Shown: piece after piece, positions 1 through 8,419 of the stretch
Position numbering within the stretch: the stretch's first letter is position 1
Layout: each line of letters starts with the position of its first letter
Assembly: GCA_963704755.1 (NCBI GenBank)
Contig: OY969938.1
Location: forward strand, 2,490,001 to 2,522,000
DNA length: 32,000 nucleotides
Direction of reading: 5' to 3'
Source of the DNA: an uncultured Chloroflexia bacterium
GTDB lineage: Bacteria; Chloroflexota; Anaerolineae; Anaerolineales; Anaerolineaceae
Program-made: the position numbers and the translations under genes
Notes under the pieces: generated by a model
Database searches by the model: none
Told to the model about the DNA's origin: nothing
The model's input: the letters and a program-made list of their open reading frames with translations, nothing else

Positions 1-963
1 GAGCGCTTCTCGCTCGCTACCCACGCCACCCAGTGGTCGCTTTTCGAGCCGAATTTACAGCAGATGCAGCCAGACCTGGTGATCGTGGGAGCGGAAATTG
101 CACCCGGGCCGGACGTCTTGCTGCCGGTCCTCTCCCGCCTGCAAGCCTGGAACGGGGTCGCCATCGTGGTACTCCCCACCGCCCTCAAAGACCTGGAAGG
201 GGTCTTCCGGGCAGCCTCGGCGGTGGTGCGCGGGGTGTACGTCGCCCCGGTCTCGTGGGTCGAGATCGCCCAGGCCGGCTACAGCGCAGTGATGACCGAG
301 CGCGCCAGGTTGGCCAACACGGCTCCTCTGCAGCAGCCTTTAGCTGCATCCACCCTGGGGGTCAGCAGCTCCTACCCCACGGCGGTGACCGGCACCCGGC
401 GGATCGCGGTCCTGTCCCACGCCGGGGGCGCGGGCTCCTCGACAGTTGCCGAGAACCTGGCCTATGTCCTGGGAGTGCAGAACAGCGTGCAGACCCTGCT
501 GCTTTCCCTGGGCCTGCCGCCGGCCGCGGTAGCTCATCTCAAGCTCAAGGTCGCCCCGACCACCGAGGAATACCTGGACCGGCCGGGAAAACCGGCCCTG
601 CAGGCCGCCCTACAGACCCGCGAAGGGTTGGAGGTACTGGTGGCCCCGGACACTTCAGCAGCCTACCTCAAGGGTGACGAGATCTCCCGCCGGGGTGCCC
701 GTGAGCCTGGCAGCCTGTATTCCCTGCTGCTGGACTGCGAGACCGGCCGGCACGCGGCCATCATCATGGACGTTCCCTCTCACGAGGACACCTGGACGAT
801 CCACCCGCTGGTTTTCGCCAACACAATTTTGATCGTGGCCCGGCCCACCCTGGCGGACTGCGCCGCGGTGCGCCATACCCTCAACCTGCTGCTGTACGGG
901 TTGCGCGAGGAAAACCGCAAGCCCAAGGAGTTCGATCCACCTGGTGCTCAACCAGGTCTCTGA
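1..963 (+). CDS. tadZ: TadZ/CpaE-like pilus-assembly ParA/MinD-fold protein, N-terminal and central part (5' end probably outside the window; frame breaks near 934)
   Basis: The frame is open from nt 1. QPDLVIVG looks like an internal strand of a receiver-like domain, so the true start is likely upstream. RRIAVLSHAGGAGSSTVAENLAYVLG is a deviant P-loop at the KGGxGKT position. The gene lies directly upstream of tadA/cpaF. Confidence 0.65.
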   Translation, partial: ERFSLATHATQWSLFEPNLQQMQPDLVIVGAEIAPGPDVLLPVLSRLQAWNGVAIVVLPTALKDLEGVFRAASAVVRGVYVAPVSWVEIAQAGYSAVMTERARLANTAPLQQPLAASTLGVSSSYPTAVTGTRRIAVLSHAGGAGSSTVAENLAYVLGVQNSVQTLLLSLGLPPAAVAHLKLKVAPTTEEYLDRPGKPALQAALQTREGLEVLVAPDTSAAYLKGDEISRRGAREPGSLYSLLLDCETGRHAAIIMDVPSHEDTWTIHPLVFANTILIVARPTLADCAAVRHTLNLLLYGLREENRKPKEFDPPGAQPGL

Positions 964-1234
964 GCGCAGCGGCCTGACCCCGCGCAGCTTCCAGCAGACC
1001 CTGGTGGAGACGGTCGGCTGGGCGCCGCCGGTCGCCGCCATCCTGCCCTTCGACCCGGCCGTGACCCAGGCCCAGGACAACTTCCTCATCCCGGTCACCC
1101 GCTCGGAGGGCTTCGCCAAAGGCATCCAGGCCATCGTCCAGGCCCTGTTCCGCGACTTTGCCCGCTTTGGTCGCGAGGCGGAGACCCACAAGAAGAGCGG
1201 CCTGCGCCTGCCGCGCATCCGCATTGGGAGCTGA
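944..1234 (+). CDS. tadZ: C-terminal part of the same TadZ/CpaE-like protein, in a shifted frame
   Basis: This frame is open upstream of 944 and reads ...SIHLVLNQVSERSGLTPRSFQQTL...ILPFDPAVTQAQDNFLIPV, which is typical of a CpaE/MinD-fold C-terminus. Removing one base near 934 joins it to ...RKPKEF of the 64..963 ORF. Confidence 0.6.
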   Translation: MLNQVSERSGLTPRSFQQTLVETVGWAPPVAAILPFDPAVTQAQDNFLIPVTRSEGFAKGIQAIVQALFRDFARFGREAETHKKSGLRLPRIRIGS

Positions 1235-1236
1235 GC

Positions 1237-2538
1237 ATGAACGGCTTGCTCGATTTGTACAACAGCCGGGAGGTCACCGGTACCCTACCTGCGGAGGAGC
1301 GCGATGCGGTGATCAACGAGGTCATCGACCTGGCCAACCACGAGTTTTCCCCGGCCACCTTGCAATCGCCGGCCGCGGGAGAGCGCCGCGAGATCGGCGA
1401 GCGGGTGCTGGTCCTGGTCGGGCAGGCGCTGCGTCGCAGGGATGCCCGCCCGGGTGTGGCGTACGAGACCGCCCTGGCGGAGGAACTCACCCGCCGGCTG
1501 ATCGGCCTGGGCTTCCTCGACCTGCTGCTGCCCCCGGCCCGGACCGACCTGTCCGAGATCTGCGTCTATTCCAGCGGCCTGCTACAGGTGATGCCCAAGA
1601 GCAGCGTGCGCTGGGAGACCATTGATTTGAGCCCCGAGCCGGCCGAAATCTGGCGGGTGCTCGACCGGCTGCTGGGCCCGCAGAACAAGACCTTGAATGA
1701 GGCCAACCCGAGTATCAACGCCAAGCTGCCGGCCACGGTCGATAACCCCGGCGGCGGGCGCATCAAGGCCCTGCACCCGGTGATCGCGCCGCCCGGCCGC
1801 AACCCCAGCATCAACATCCGCCTGTTCGAGCAGAAGCCGGTCCTGCCGGAATGGATCCTGGAGAAGGGCGTCATGAACGCCGCGATGATGGCCACCCTGG
1901 AAACGGCCATGCAGTCCGGCTGCCGCATCTTGATCACCGGCGGGACGCGCACCGGCAAGACCACCCTGCTCTCGGCCCTGTGTAACTTCCTGCCCCGGGG
2001 CTGGCGCATCGTCAAGATTGAGGACCCGGAGGAAATCTGGATCGACCGGCCGACCGTGCAGACCGTGGAAGCCCGCCCGCAGGCGGTGGGCACCGAGGTG
2101 CGCCCGTACACCCTGGCCGACGGTGTGGACGACGCCATGCGCATGTCCCCGGATTACCTGGTCATCGGCGAGGTGCGCGATGGCCGGGCGGCCATGAGCC
2201 TGTTCCGCGCCTTGATGACCGGGCACAGTGGGGCCTGCACCTTCCACGCGGACAACCCGCGCGAGGCGGCCCGCCGGCTGGCCACGGTTATGGGGGCCGA
2301 CGCCGGCGTACGGCCACACGAGGCCAACCAGATGATCGCCGGCGCCATCGACCTGCTGGTGCAGATCGGCATCCGCGACGAAGTCCGCCGGGTGCTGTCG
2401 ATCAGCAACATCTCCCGCGAATTGAAGAACGGGGAAGTCTGGTTCGAGCCCATTTTTCGCTGGAGCGAAGGCCAGGCCGGTGACGGCCCCGCCTGGGAGA
2501 AGCTGGGCGAGCTGCAAGGCCGGGCTGCATTGGATTAA
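1237..2538 (+). CDS. tadA: TadA/CpaF type II/IV secretion-family ATPase
   Basis: Walker A ILITGGTRTGKTTLLSAL, Walker B/Asp box DYLVIGEVRDGRA and His box TGHSGACTFHA are present. The ATG lies 2 nt after the previous stop. Confidence 0.9.
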   Translation: MNGLLDLYNSREVTGTLPAEERDAVINEVIDLANHEFSPATLQSPAAGERREIGERVLVLVGQALRRRDARPGVAYETALAEELTRRLIGLGFLDLLLPPARTDLSEICVYSSGLLQVMPKSSVRWETIDLSPEPAEIWRVLDRLLGPQNKTLNEANPSINAKLPATVDNPGGGRIKALHPVIAPPGRNPSINIRLFEQKPVLPEWILEKGVMNAAMMATLETAMQSGCRILITGGTRTGKTTLLSALCNFLPRGWRIVKIEDPEEIWIDRPTVQTVEARPQAVGTEVRPYTLADGVDDAMRMSPDYLVIGEVRDGRAAMSLFRALMTGHSGACTFHADNPREAARRLATVMGADAGVRPHEANQMIAGAIDLLVQIGIRDEVRRVLSISNISRELKNGEVWFEPIFRWSEGQAGDGPAWEKLGELQGRAALD

Positions 2539-2548
2539 AGGAGGTTCG

Positions 2549-3430
2549 ATGACGGGATTGATCGTTTTGATCGGAGCATTGTGCGGCGGGGTCGTGCTGC
2601 AGGTGGCTTATCCGCGCCGGAAGCCGGTCGGGAAACTGTCCGAGCTGTATTCGGTCGATGCGCTGCGCTCGCTCTCCGACCTGGATCCGGCCTCACTCGA
2701 TTACCGCTTGCTGGCCTCCGGGGTGCGCTACCGGCCGGTCACCTGGCGGCTGCTGTGTGTCTCGGCCGGCCTGGGTGCGACCGCACTCACCTGGCTGGTG
2801 CTGCCGGGCCTGCCGGCGCTGGTGGTGGGCGGCATCGCCTTTTATCTGCCCACCGCCTGGTTGGGGGACCGGGTCAAGAACCGTGGGCGGGAGATCGACC
2901 GCTGCCTGCCCATCGCTATCGGGCGGATCGCGGCCGGTCTACTGGCCGGCGGCTCGGTCCCTGACGTGCTGCAGCAAGTGGGGCAATCCCTGGAGATCGA
3001 AGGCGCCAACCCCCTGACCCCGGAACTCCTCCTGGCGGCCGGCGAGTTGCGCATCAAAGACCGGCGCGAGGCGCTGCAGAACCTGGCCCAACACTCGCCC
3101 TCGGTTTCACTGGCCAACCTGGCCCAACTGCTGGAGGGCTATTCCGAGGCCGGCGGCTCGCGTTACGCCGAGGTGTTGATGGACATCTCCCAACGGGTGC
3201 AGCAGATCCTGGTGGCGCGCAACCGGGCGCAGGCCAAGGCCGGCGATTCGGTCGTTTCCATGCGCATCCTGCCTATCGTGCTGCTCCTGATTGTCGTTTA
3301 CCTGTCCTCCGACCCGCTGGTACGCCAGTCGCTGCAGGCCCTGCCGGTGCAGATGGCCATCGCCGTGACCATGCTGGCCATGATCGCGGGCTATTTCATC
3401 ATGCGTTCGATGGTGCTGGAGGCGGTATGA
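2549..3430 (+). CDS. tadB: TadB-like inner-membrane platform protein (T2SS-F family)
   Basis: ATG 2549 follows AAGGAGG (2538-2544). The protein has hydrophobic N- and C-terminal helices around a soluble helical core and follows tadA. The upstream part of ORF 2480.. overlaps the tadA end and is probably not translated. Confidence 0.75.
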   Translation: MTGLIVLIGALCGGVVLQVAYPRRKPVGKLSELYSVDALRSLSDLDPASLDYRLLASGVRYRPVTWRLLCVSAGLGATALTWLVLPGLPALVVGGIAFYLPTAWLGDRVKNRGREIDRCLPIAIGRIAAGLLAGGSVPDVLQQVGQSLEIEGANPLTPELLLAAGELRIKDRREALQNLAQHSPSVSLANLAQLLEGYSEAGGSRYAEVLMDISQRVQQILVARNRAQAKAGDSVVSMRILPIVLLLIVVYLSSDPLVRQSLQALPVQMAIAVTMLAMIAGYFIMRSMVLEAV

Positions 3431-4281
3431 GCGTGCTCATTTACCTGATCGGCATCGCTACTTTTGCCCTGGTCGTTTTGCTGACGGTAGAGTTCCTGCC
3501 GGCCCAGCCCGGCGGTCGCCTGGCCGAGACTCTCGCATCCGGGCAGGTCGAGTTGAGCGGCTGGCGCAAGTCACTCTCGATCCTCGACCGCCCTGTCGCC
3601 CGCTGGACACCGCTACGCTTCCTGCGCCAGGCCAAGGCGGACCTGTATTGGGCCCACCTGGCCGGCAAGTGGACAGGTTGGAACGAGGTACAGTTCCTCT
3701 CCTTGCGGGTTGCCGCCGGGGCGGGCGGTTTTGTAATTGGCAGCCTGGTGTTCAATACGGTTCCACTGGCCCTGGTCTGTACGCTCATCGCCTTCCAATA
3801 CCCGGCCATGGCGGTGAGCGGCATCGCCCGCCGCACACGCCGGCAGTTCCAGGCCCAGCTTCCCGAGTTCATCCAGCTCGTATCGGCCCAGATGTCGGCG
3901 GGGGTCTCGTTGGAAGAGGCCTTGAACCGTACCGCCCGGGCCCAGAGCTTGGTGGGCAGGTGGATGCGCGAGGTGATCCGCATGGCCCGCGGCCGGGGGC
4001 TGGTCGAACAGATGCAGCGCGAAGCACAGGAGTCGCTCCTACCCGAGCTGATCGGGATGGCGGTGCAGTTGGATTTCATCCGCAAGGGCACGGCCCAACA
4101 GCAGTTGATGGGCCAGCTCGCCATGAGCATCGCCGTGGATTACGTCGGCGGGGCCGAGCAGCGCGCCGAAAAGATCGGCTCGGAGCTGGTGATCCCCATG
4201 GTGGTCTTTTATTTCCTGCCCTTCATGGTCACCTTGCTGGCCGTGATCGGCTGGCCGATCTTCGCCAACCTGGGCGGTTGA
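3427..4281 (+). CDS. tadC: TadC-like inner-membrane platform protein (T2SS-F family)
   Basis: It has an ATGA start/stop overlap with tadB. The architecture is the same membrane-helical-membrane layout (LPEFIQLVSAQMSAGVSLEEAL...). Confidence 0.75.
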   Translation: MSVLIYLIGIATFALVVLLTVEFLPAQPGGRLAETLASGQVELSGWRKSLSILDRPVARWTPLRFLRQAKADLYWAHLAGKWTGWNEVQFLSLRVAAGAGGFVIGSLVFNTVPLALVCTLIAFQYPAMAVSGIARRTRRQFQAQLPEFIQLVSAQMSAGVSLEEALNRTARAQSLVGRWMREVIRMARGRGLVEQMQREAQESLLPELIGMAVQLDFIRKGTAQQQLMGQLAMSIAVDYVGGAEQRAEKIGSELVIPMVVFYFLPFMVTLLAVIGWPIFANLGG

Positions 4282-4284
4282 GCC

Positions 4285-4853
4285 ATGGAGAGAGTCAAGA
4301 GCCTGCTGGGGTTCCTCTTCTTCCTGGGCGCGGCCGGTCTGGCTGCGAGTATCGCTATCCGTTCGCCGGGTGTCCTGGCCTGGCTGGCTGCCTTGCACAA
4401 CCTGGTACTGGCGATCCTCTACCTGCTGCGCCAGCCGGCGGCCGCATACGACCGGCCCGGTCTCTGGCTGGGGCTGGTAGCTGCCTTGCTGCCTTCCATA
4501 AGCCAGACCCCGCAGACCCTCCCGGCCTGGGCCACCCTCCTGGGGTTGGCCGGCTATCTCTTGATCTTGTGTTCGCTCTTCAGTCTTGGACCGTCCTTTG
4601 GCATCGCCCCGGCCGACCGCGGGCTGGTCGTACGGGGCCCGTACGCTACCTGCGCCACCCGATGTACCTGGGTGAGTTGGTGCTGCGCTTCAGCCTGGTG
4701 ACGGCCTCCTCGCAGCGGTTCTGGTCGTTCCTCTCTGCAGCCGGGCTGGTTGTATTACAAGTGATGCGCATATTAAAGGAAGAGAGCATCCTGTGCGGGT
4801 ACGGCGCCTACGCCGGCCGGGTCCGCTGGCGCCTGCTCCCGGGAATCTGGTGA
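4285..4853 (+). CDS. ICMT/PEMT-family membrane methyltransferase, frame broken near 4644
   Basis: ORF 4285..4701 is polytopic and hydrophobic and reads ...GLVVRGPY. The neighbouring frame continues RYLRHPMYLGELVLRF...ILKEESIL to the stop at 4853. GPYRYxRHPMYxG is the hallmark of the isoprenylcysteine carboxyl methyltransferase family. One base appears to be missing at 4644/4645. Confidence 0.7.
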
Positions 4854-4875
4854 TGAAAAATTAGGAGGTTCGAAC

Positions 4876-5001
4876 GTGTGTGAACAAATGCCGTTGCTGG
4901 GTATAGCCGGTCCCTGGTTCTGGATCGGGATCGGGGTGGGCACGGCTGCCGGGATTGCCATCTCGTGGCTCGTGCGTTGGATCGCCGAACCGCACGATTG
5001 A
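4876..5001 (+). CDS. small hydrophobic protein (41 aa), below the ORF-track cutoff
   Basis: AGGAGG (4863-4868) lies 7 nt before GTG 4876. The ORF encodes MCEQMPLLGIAGPWFWIGIGVGTAAGIAISWLVRWIAEPHD, a single predicted TM helix. Confidence 0.35.
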   Translation: MCEQMPLLGIAGPWFWIGIGVGTAAGIAISWLVRWIAEPHD

Positions 5002-5020
5002 GAGCCGGGAATATTCGTAA

Positions 5021-5542
5021 ATGTCTTTTCAGGGTTTGACGCTCATTGCAATTTTCCCCTTCGTGCTGTTGTGGCTGCTGGCCTGTGTGCGCCACGACCT
5101 GCGCAGCCGGGAAGTCCCGGTCTGGCTGACGGTGGCGCCATTGGCCATTGCCGGACTGATCGGGGTCTTATTAGGACGCTGGGCGCCGGCCTGCCTGGTA
5201 TTGGCCCTGGTCCTGATTTCGGACTTGCCCTCCGGCCGGGTGGGGACAGCGCTGCCGGCAACGCTGGTTTTACTCCTTCTGGATCCCGCGTTGGGCTGGC
5301 TGGATTTCTCCATCCTGGCCACCTGGCTGCTATGGGAGAAAGGGGCCATGGGCGGGGCAGACGCCAAGATGATCCTGGCGCTCTTGCTCTTGTACGGCCA
5401 GGCCGGGCTGCTCCTCTGGATCGCGTTGGCCGGCGGCATCCAAGGAGTGGTGGCCTGGAGCCGCAAGCAGAAAGAAATCCCCTACACCGTTTCAATTCTA
5501 ATGGGTTGGCTTGGCTTTGGGTTGGCATCCATTATTAGATGA
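5021..5542 (+). CDS. tadV: A24-family prepilin peptidase (TadV/CpaA type, no methyltransferase domain)
   Basis: Polytopic membrane protein. The two catalytic Asp contexts are present: RHDLRSREVP and GGADAKMILAL. Confidence 0.85.
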   Translation: MSFQGLTLIAIFPFVLLWLLACVRHDLRSREVPVWLTVAPLAIAGLIGVLLGRWAPACLVLALVLISDLPSGRVGTALPATLVLLLLDPALGWLDFSILATWLLWEKGAMGGADAKMILALLLLYGQAGLLLWIALAGGIQGVVAWSRKQKEIPYTVSILMGWLGFGLASIIR

Positions 5543-5557
5543 AAGGAGGTGAAAACC

Positions 5558-5704
5558 ATGAAGCTCATTCGTGACCGGTGGGCAATCGAAATGACCGAGG
5601 TCGCCCTGATCATCGCGGTGGTGGTCCTGATCGCATACGGTGCCTACCAGCTCCTGGGCGGCAACATCGCGGCCATGGTCAGCAGTGTGGCCGGCCGGTT
5701 GTAG
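5558..5704 (+). CDS. flp: Flp/Fap-type pilin precursor (48 aa), below the ORF-track cutoff
   Basis: GAAAGGAGG precedes ATG 5558. MKLIRDRWAIEMTEVALIIAVVVLIAYGAYQLL... has a short basic leader, an acidic residue, then a hydrophobic helix, resembling the Flp motif. The canonical G/xxxxEY is not exact. The gene follows tadV. Confidence 0.6.
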   Translation: MKLIRDRWAIEMTEVALIIAVVVLIAYGAYQLLGGNIAAMVSSVAGRL

Positions 5705-5714
5705 GGCCTATTGT

Positions 5715-5744
5715 GGCCGGGAGCCCTTATCCCGGCTCCCGGCC
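5715..5744 (+). terminator. 11-bp perfect GC-rich hairpin after the pilin gene (attenuator/terminator candidate)
   Basis: GGCCGGGAGCC (5715-5725) pairs with GGCTCCCGGCC (5734-5744) around an 8-nt loop. Only a weak T tract follows (ttcgttt). Confidence 0.4.
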
Positions 5745-5765
5745 AACGTTCGTTTGGGAGGTAGC

Positions 5766-6176
5766 ATGCGTTTTCTGAAAGCCAAGTCCGCAATGGAAAT
5801 GTTGGAAGCAGCCATCACCACACCGATCGCGGTGCTGGTGATGCTGGCTATCGTCAACCTGGGCATGGTCGTCTACGGCCAGCAGGCCGTGCAGGCAGCC
5901 GCCCGCCAGGGAGCCCGCATGGGAAGCGTGGCCCAGCAGTGCGCCGCCTGTTACGCACTGTCCTCGGCCCGCCAGGCAATCGAGGATGCCGAACTGGTCC
6001 AGGACCCGGCCGTGTCCGTGCTGGCACCGGGCGGGTCGGCCGGCAGCCTGCTGCAGATCCGGGTCAGCGGCTCGATCCCCAATTACCTGGCGCCCCTGAC
6101 CAGCCTGTTCCCCGGCTTGCCCGGCGATACCTTCCAGGTCTCGGCCGATGCGACCTTCCGTCAGGAGGGCTGGTGA
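5766..6176 (+). CDS. TadE-like pseudopilin
   Basis: GGGAGG precedes ATG 5766. The N-terminus SAMEMLEAAITTPIAVLVMLAIVNLGMVVYG fits the TadE N-terminal pattern. Confidence 0.7.
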   Translation: MRFLKAKSAMEMLEAAITTPIAVLVMLAIVNLGMVVYGQQAVQAAARQGARMGSVAQQCAACYALSSARQAIEDAELVQDPAVSVLAPGGSAGSLLQIRVSGSIPNYLAPLTSLFPGLPGDTFQVSADATFRQEGW

Positions 6177-6607
6177 TGATCCGCTCCAGGCGTGCCTACT
6201 CGATGACCTTCTGGGCGGTGTTCTTCGGCTTTGTACTGGTGCCGGCTTTCGCCATGTCCATCGAGCTGGGACGCTATTTCTACGCCCGGGCAGAGATCGC
6301 CAAGTCGGCTGATGCTGGCGCAGTGGCGGCGGCGGCAGAGATCAACCAACGCGTCTTCCAGGACAGCGGCGACCTGGTCCCCACTGAAAAGACATGGAAC
6401 AACGCTCAGACGTATGCCTCGTTAAACAATTCCGCGCTGGCCGCGCGGGGCATCCACGCTTATGTCACCGGCATCTCGATTGACCCGGACGCCGATACCG
6501 TTACGGTGACGGTGTCGGCCGACCTCTCGCTGCTTTTCCCTTCGGTGGTGCCGCAGGTGATCGTCAGCGAAACGGGCACCGCCCAGGTGCGGGCTTTCTC
6601 CAGGTAA
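6176..6607 (+). CDS. TadG-like pilus-assembly protein (N-terminal TadG-type helix)
   Basis: The ATG overlaps the previous TGA. MTFWAVFFGFVLVPAFAMSIELGRYFYARAEIAKSADAGAVAAAAEI fits the TadG-like N-terminal domain pattern. Confidence 0.65.
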   Translation: MIRSRRAYSMTFWAVFFGFVLVPAFAMSIELGRYFYARAEIAKSADAGAVAAAAEINQRVFQDSGDLVPTEKTWNNAQTYASLNNSALAARGIHAYVTGISIDPDADTVTVTVSADLSLLFPSVVPQVIVSETGTAQVRAFSR

Positions 6608-6822
6608 CCAATGGAGGAAGAACCTTTCAAATCCAGGCGGTTCTTGCTGGTACGCAGTGAGGACGAGAGCGGCGTCTCCGGAGTCGGGATCGTGGCCGAA
6701 GGGGTCCAGTTTCAGAGCGGGCGGGTGGTCATGGAATGGCAGGTGGCGCCGTACTCGATGGGGATCTATGGATCAATCGAGGAGGTTGTCGAGATCCACG
6801 GGCATGGAGGAAAAACAAAAGT
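6467..6822 (+). repeat. direct repeat copy A (3' end of the TadG-like gene plus the 74-aa ORF)
   Basis: Hand alignment to 18175-18530 at a constant offset of 11708 shows no indels and about 26 mismatches. Positions 6557-6759 carry a single mismatch (6685). Confidence 0.9.
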
Positions 6823-6835
6823 GATGGGCGCATAA
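6611..6835 (+). CDS. conserved hypothetical 74-aa protein (copy A)
   Basis: The ATG lies 3 nt after the TadG-like stop. A near-identical paralogue is at 18319..18546, and differences between the copies are mostly conservative. Confidence 0.55.
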   Translation: MEEEPFKSRRFLLVRSEDESGVSGVGIVAEGVQFQSGRVVMEWQVAPYSMGIYGSIEEVVEIHGHGGKTKVMGA

Positions 6836-7403
6836 GTCTGTATTATTATTCAGTCCGTTGAATTTATGAAAAAGGAAATCGGAAACAAGAAAATATATGC
6901 CATCAGCATATTCCCGTTTTTAAATAACCATGTAGGAGGATTAAATCCTTTATAGAATTATTCTTGTCTGCACATTTTCAATGGAGGCGGGGGTTGCCCT
7001 AAGTGCTATAATAAAATATCAATTTAGGTACGGTCAAATTTTTCGGCTCTGATTTACAGGTTATTCAAGACCTTTCAATTCACGATAGCGAACTTTCAAA
7101 CATTGTTCCTCTGGTTTTTAGCCCATAATCGCGTTTAGTATTACCGGGTTATTAGTAAAGCGAAAGTGTATATGTGTAATCTCTGGGGGAATGCACGATG
7201 GCTCCTAGTGTACGCGTAATAAAAAAAATACTATCCAATAGAAGCTACTACCCGAAGAATTTAGGTTGTGGTTTTTATAGCAGGTTGGTAGAAGAGTCTC
7301 GGATCTAAAGACCAAAGGTGAAATGCTATCAGCGCTCTTCGAATGCAATCAGGCTTGAGGGGGGTACTGTATGCTTGCACAGTTAAAGCCAGGGAGAACT
7401 TAG

Positions 7404-8033
7404 ATGAAAGGTTTTTTTTACTGGTTAATACAAGAAGTAAGTGCCTTTACCTGGGTCTTAACTATCGGGCTCGACCTGTTATGGAACCTTGTGGATGGGG
7501 CATCGATATTTACAGGCGTAGGGATCATTTGTTATCCCTTTGTGATGATGTCCATTTTTGCAATCTGTTTCATCACAGTTGCATTCGTTCAACATTACAT
7601 TTCATTTGACAAGTGGAAAATGGCATTAAAAAAGGCAACCATTTTCGGGTTGATTGCAGCCCTGCCGTTTTCAATCGTTAGCTTTCTGGCCGGTGGAATC
7701 GGATTACTTGTTCGAGAGTCGATGGGACAGGACTACACCTATATTTTTGGTAAGTTGGGCCTCAATTACCGGGAGCTAGAAAAGATCATCAAGCAAAAAG
7801 CAGTAGCAACCAGAATCTCATACGGAAACTGGCGGGATATTTCAATGGACACTGCAATCAATACCTTTGAGCAGGAGGGAAAGATCTCGCGCCAGGAAGC
7901 ACACGAACTGCACCAATTAAGATTGGCCAGAAACCAGGCTCACCATGAGGAGACGCCGGCCGATCTATTTGGCTGGGTGGAATTTTCCGAAGGATTGCTG
8001 CAAAAATACCAAAACAGGTTTGGAACTGTTTGA
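7404..8033 (+). CDS. membrane protein with a C-terminal DUF4145/HEPN-like domain
   Basis: About 3-4 hydrophobic helices occupy the first ~105 aa. The C-terminal part reads INTFEQEGKISRQEAHELHQLRLARNQAHHEE, an R-x4-6-H motif in the DUF4145 pattern ...lR..RN.aaH. Confidence 0.55.
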   Translation: MKGFFYWLIQEVSAFTWVLTIGLDLLWNLVDGASIFTGVGIICYPFVMMSIFAICFITVAFVQHYISFDKWKMALKKATIFGLIAALPFSIVSFLAGGIGLLVRESMGQDYTYIFGKLGLNYRELEKIIKQKAVATRISYGNWRDISMDTAINTFEQEGKISRQEAHELHQLRLARNQAHHEETPADLFGWVEFSEGLLQKYQNRFGTV

Positions 8034-8082
8034 GAATGGGTGATTAAATCAGGTTGAAAAAGACATCAAAAAGGAGGAACAA

Positions 8083-8310
8083 ATGGCTGGCACACATTTT
8101 ATATCTATCGAAACTCTCAATGGGATAGTTACGAAGGTCGACGGGCAGATATCGACAAGCGTTCAAGCCTGGTGGAAAGGAAATTCTGATTTCGTTAACC
8201 AAGAAGTCACAGGCGTTATGAATAAATTCGCAGATGAAGGTTATGTTCTGATTAATAATGAAGAAATAGATGGGAGGATAATATATAGGTTCGAGCATAA
8301 GGATTACTAA
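8083..8310 (+). CDS. hypothetical 75-aa protein
   Basis: A strong SD, AAGGAGG, lies 5 nt before ATG 8083. I recognise no motif. Confidence 0.55.
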   Translation: MAGTHFISIETLNGIVTKVDGQISTSVQAWWKGNSDFVNQEVTGVMNKFADEGYVLINNEEIDGRIIYRFEHKDY

Positions 8311-8419
8311 AATTCTTTGGGAATAGTTAGGTCTATAATTCTCCCTGGATTTTACTGATAAGGGTTGAATATTCGCCTAATAGGTTTTTGGCAATTCGAG
8401 CAGTGCAAGGAAAGTTTAT

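Noticed and set aside
33-677. 214-aa plus-strand ORF at the window start
   Set aside because: It is out of frame with the TadZ/CpaE-like frame, which shows the ParA-fold sequence. Its translation is low-complexity.
1582-2517. 311-aa ORF on the minus strand, and similar ORFs at 1566..2144, 1095..1490 and 655..1224
   Set aside because: They lie antisense to the well-supported tadZ/tadA genes. Their Arg/Gly/Pro/Ala-rich low-complexity translations are typical of shadow ORFs in G+C-rich DNA.
3648-4853. 401-aa plus-strand ORF spanning tadC and the methyltransferase
   Set aside because: Only its last ~70 codons (from about 4644) are meaningful, as the C-terminus of the methyltransferase. The rest is an Arg/Gly/Pro-rich shadow of tadC.
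6993-7003. The 11-mer GGGGGTTGCCC is shared between 6993-7003 and 18737-18747, and was considered as a possible second junction repeat
   Set aside because: Flanking bases do not align, and an 11-nt match is expected by chance many times in a window of this size.
7343-7609. 88-aa ORF overlapping the start of 7404..8033
   Set aside because: It is out of frame with the longer membrane/HEPN-like ORF, which has a plausible SD and coherent TM helices.
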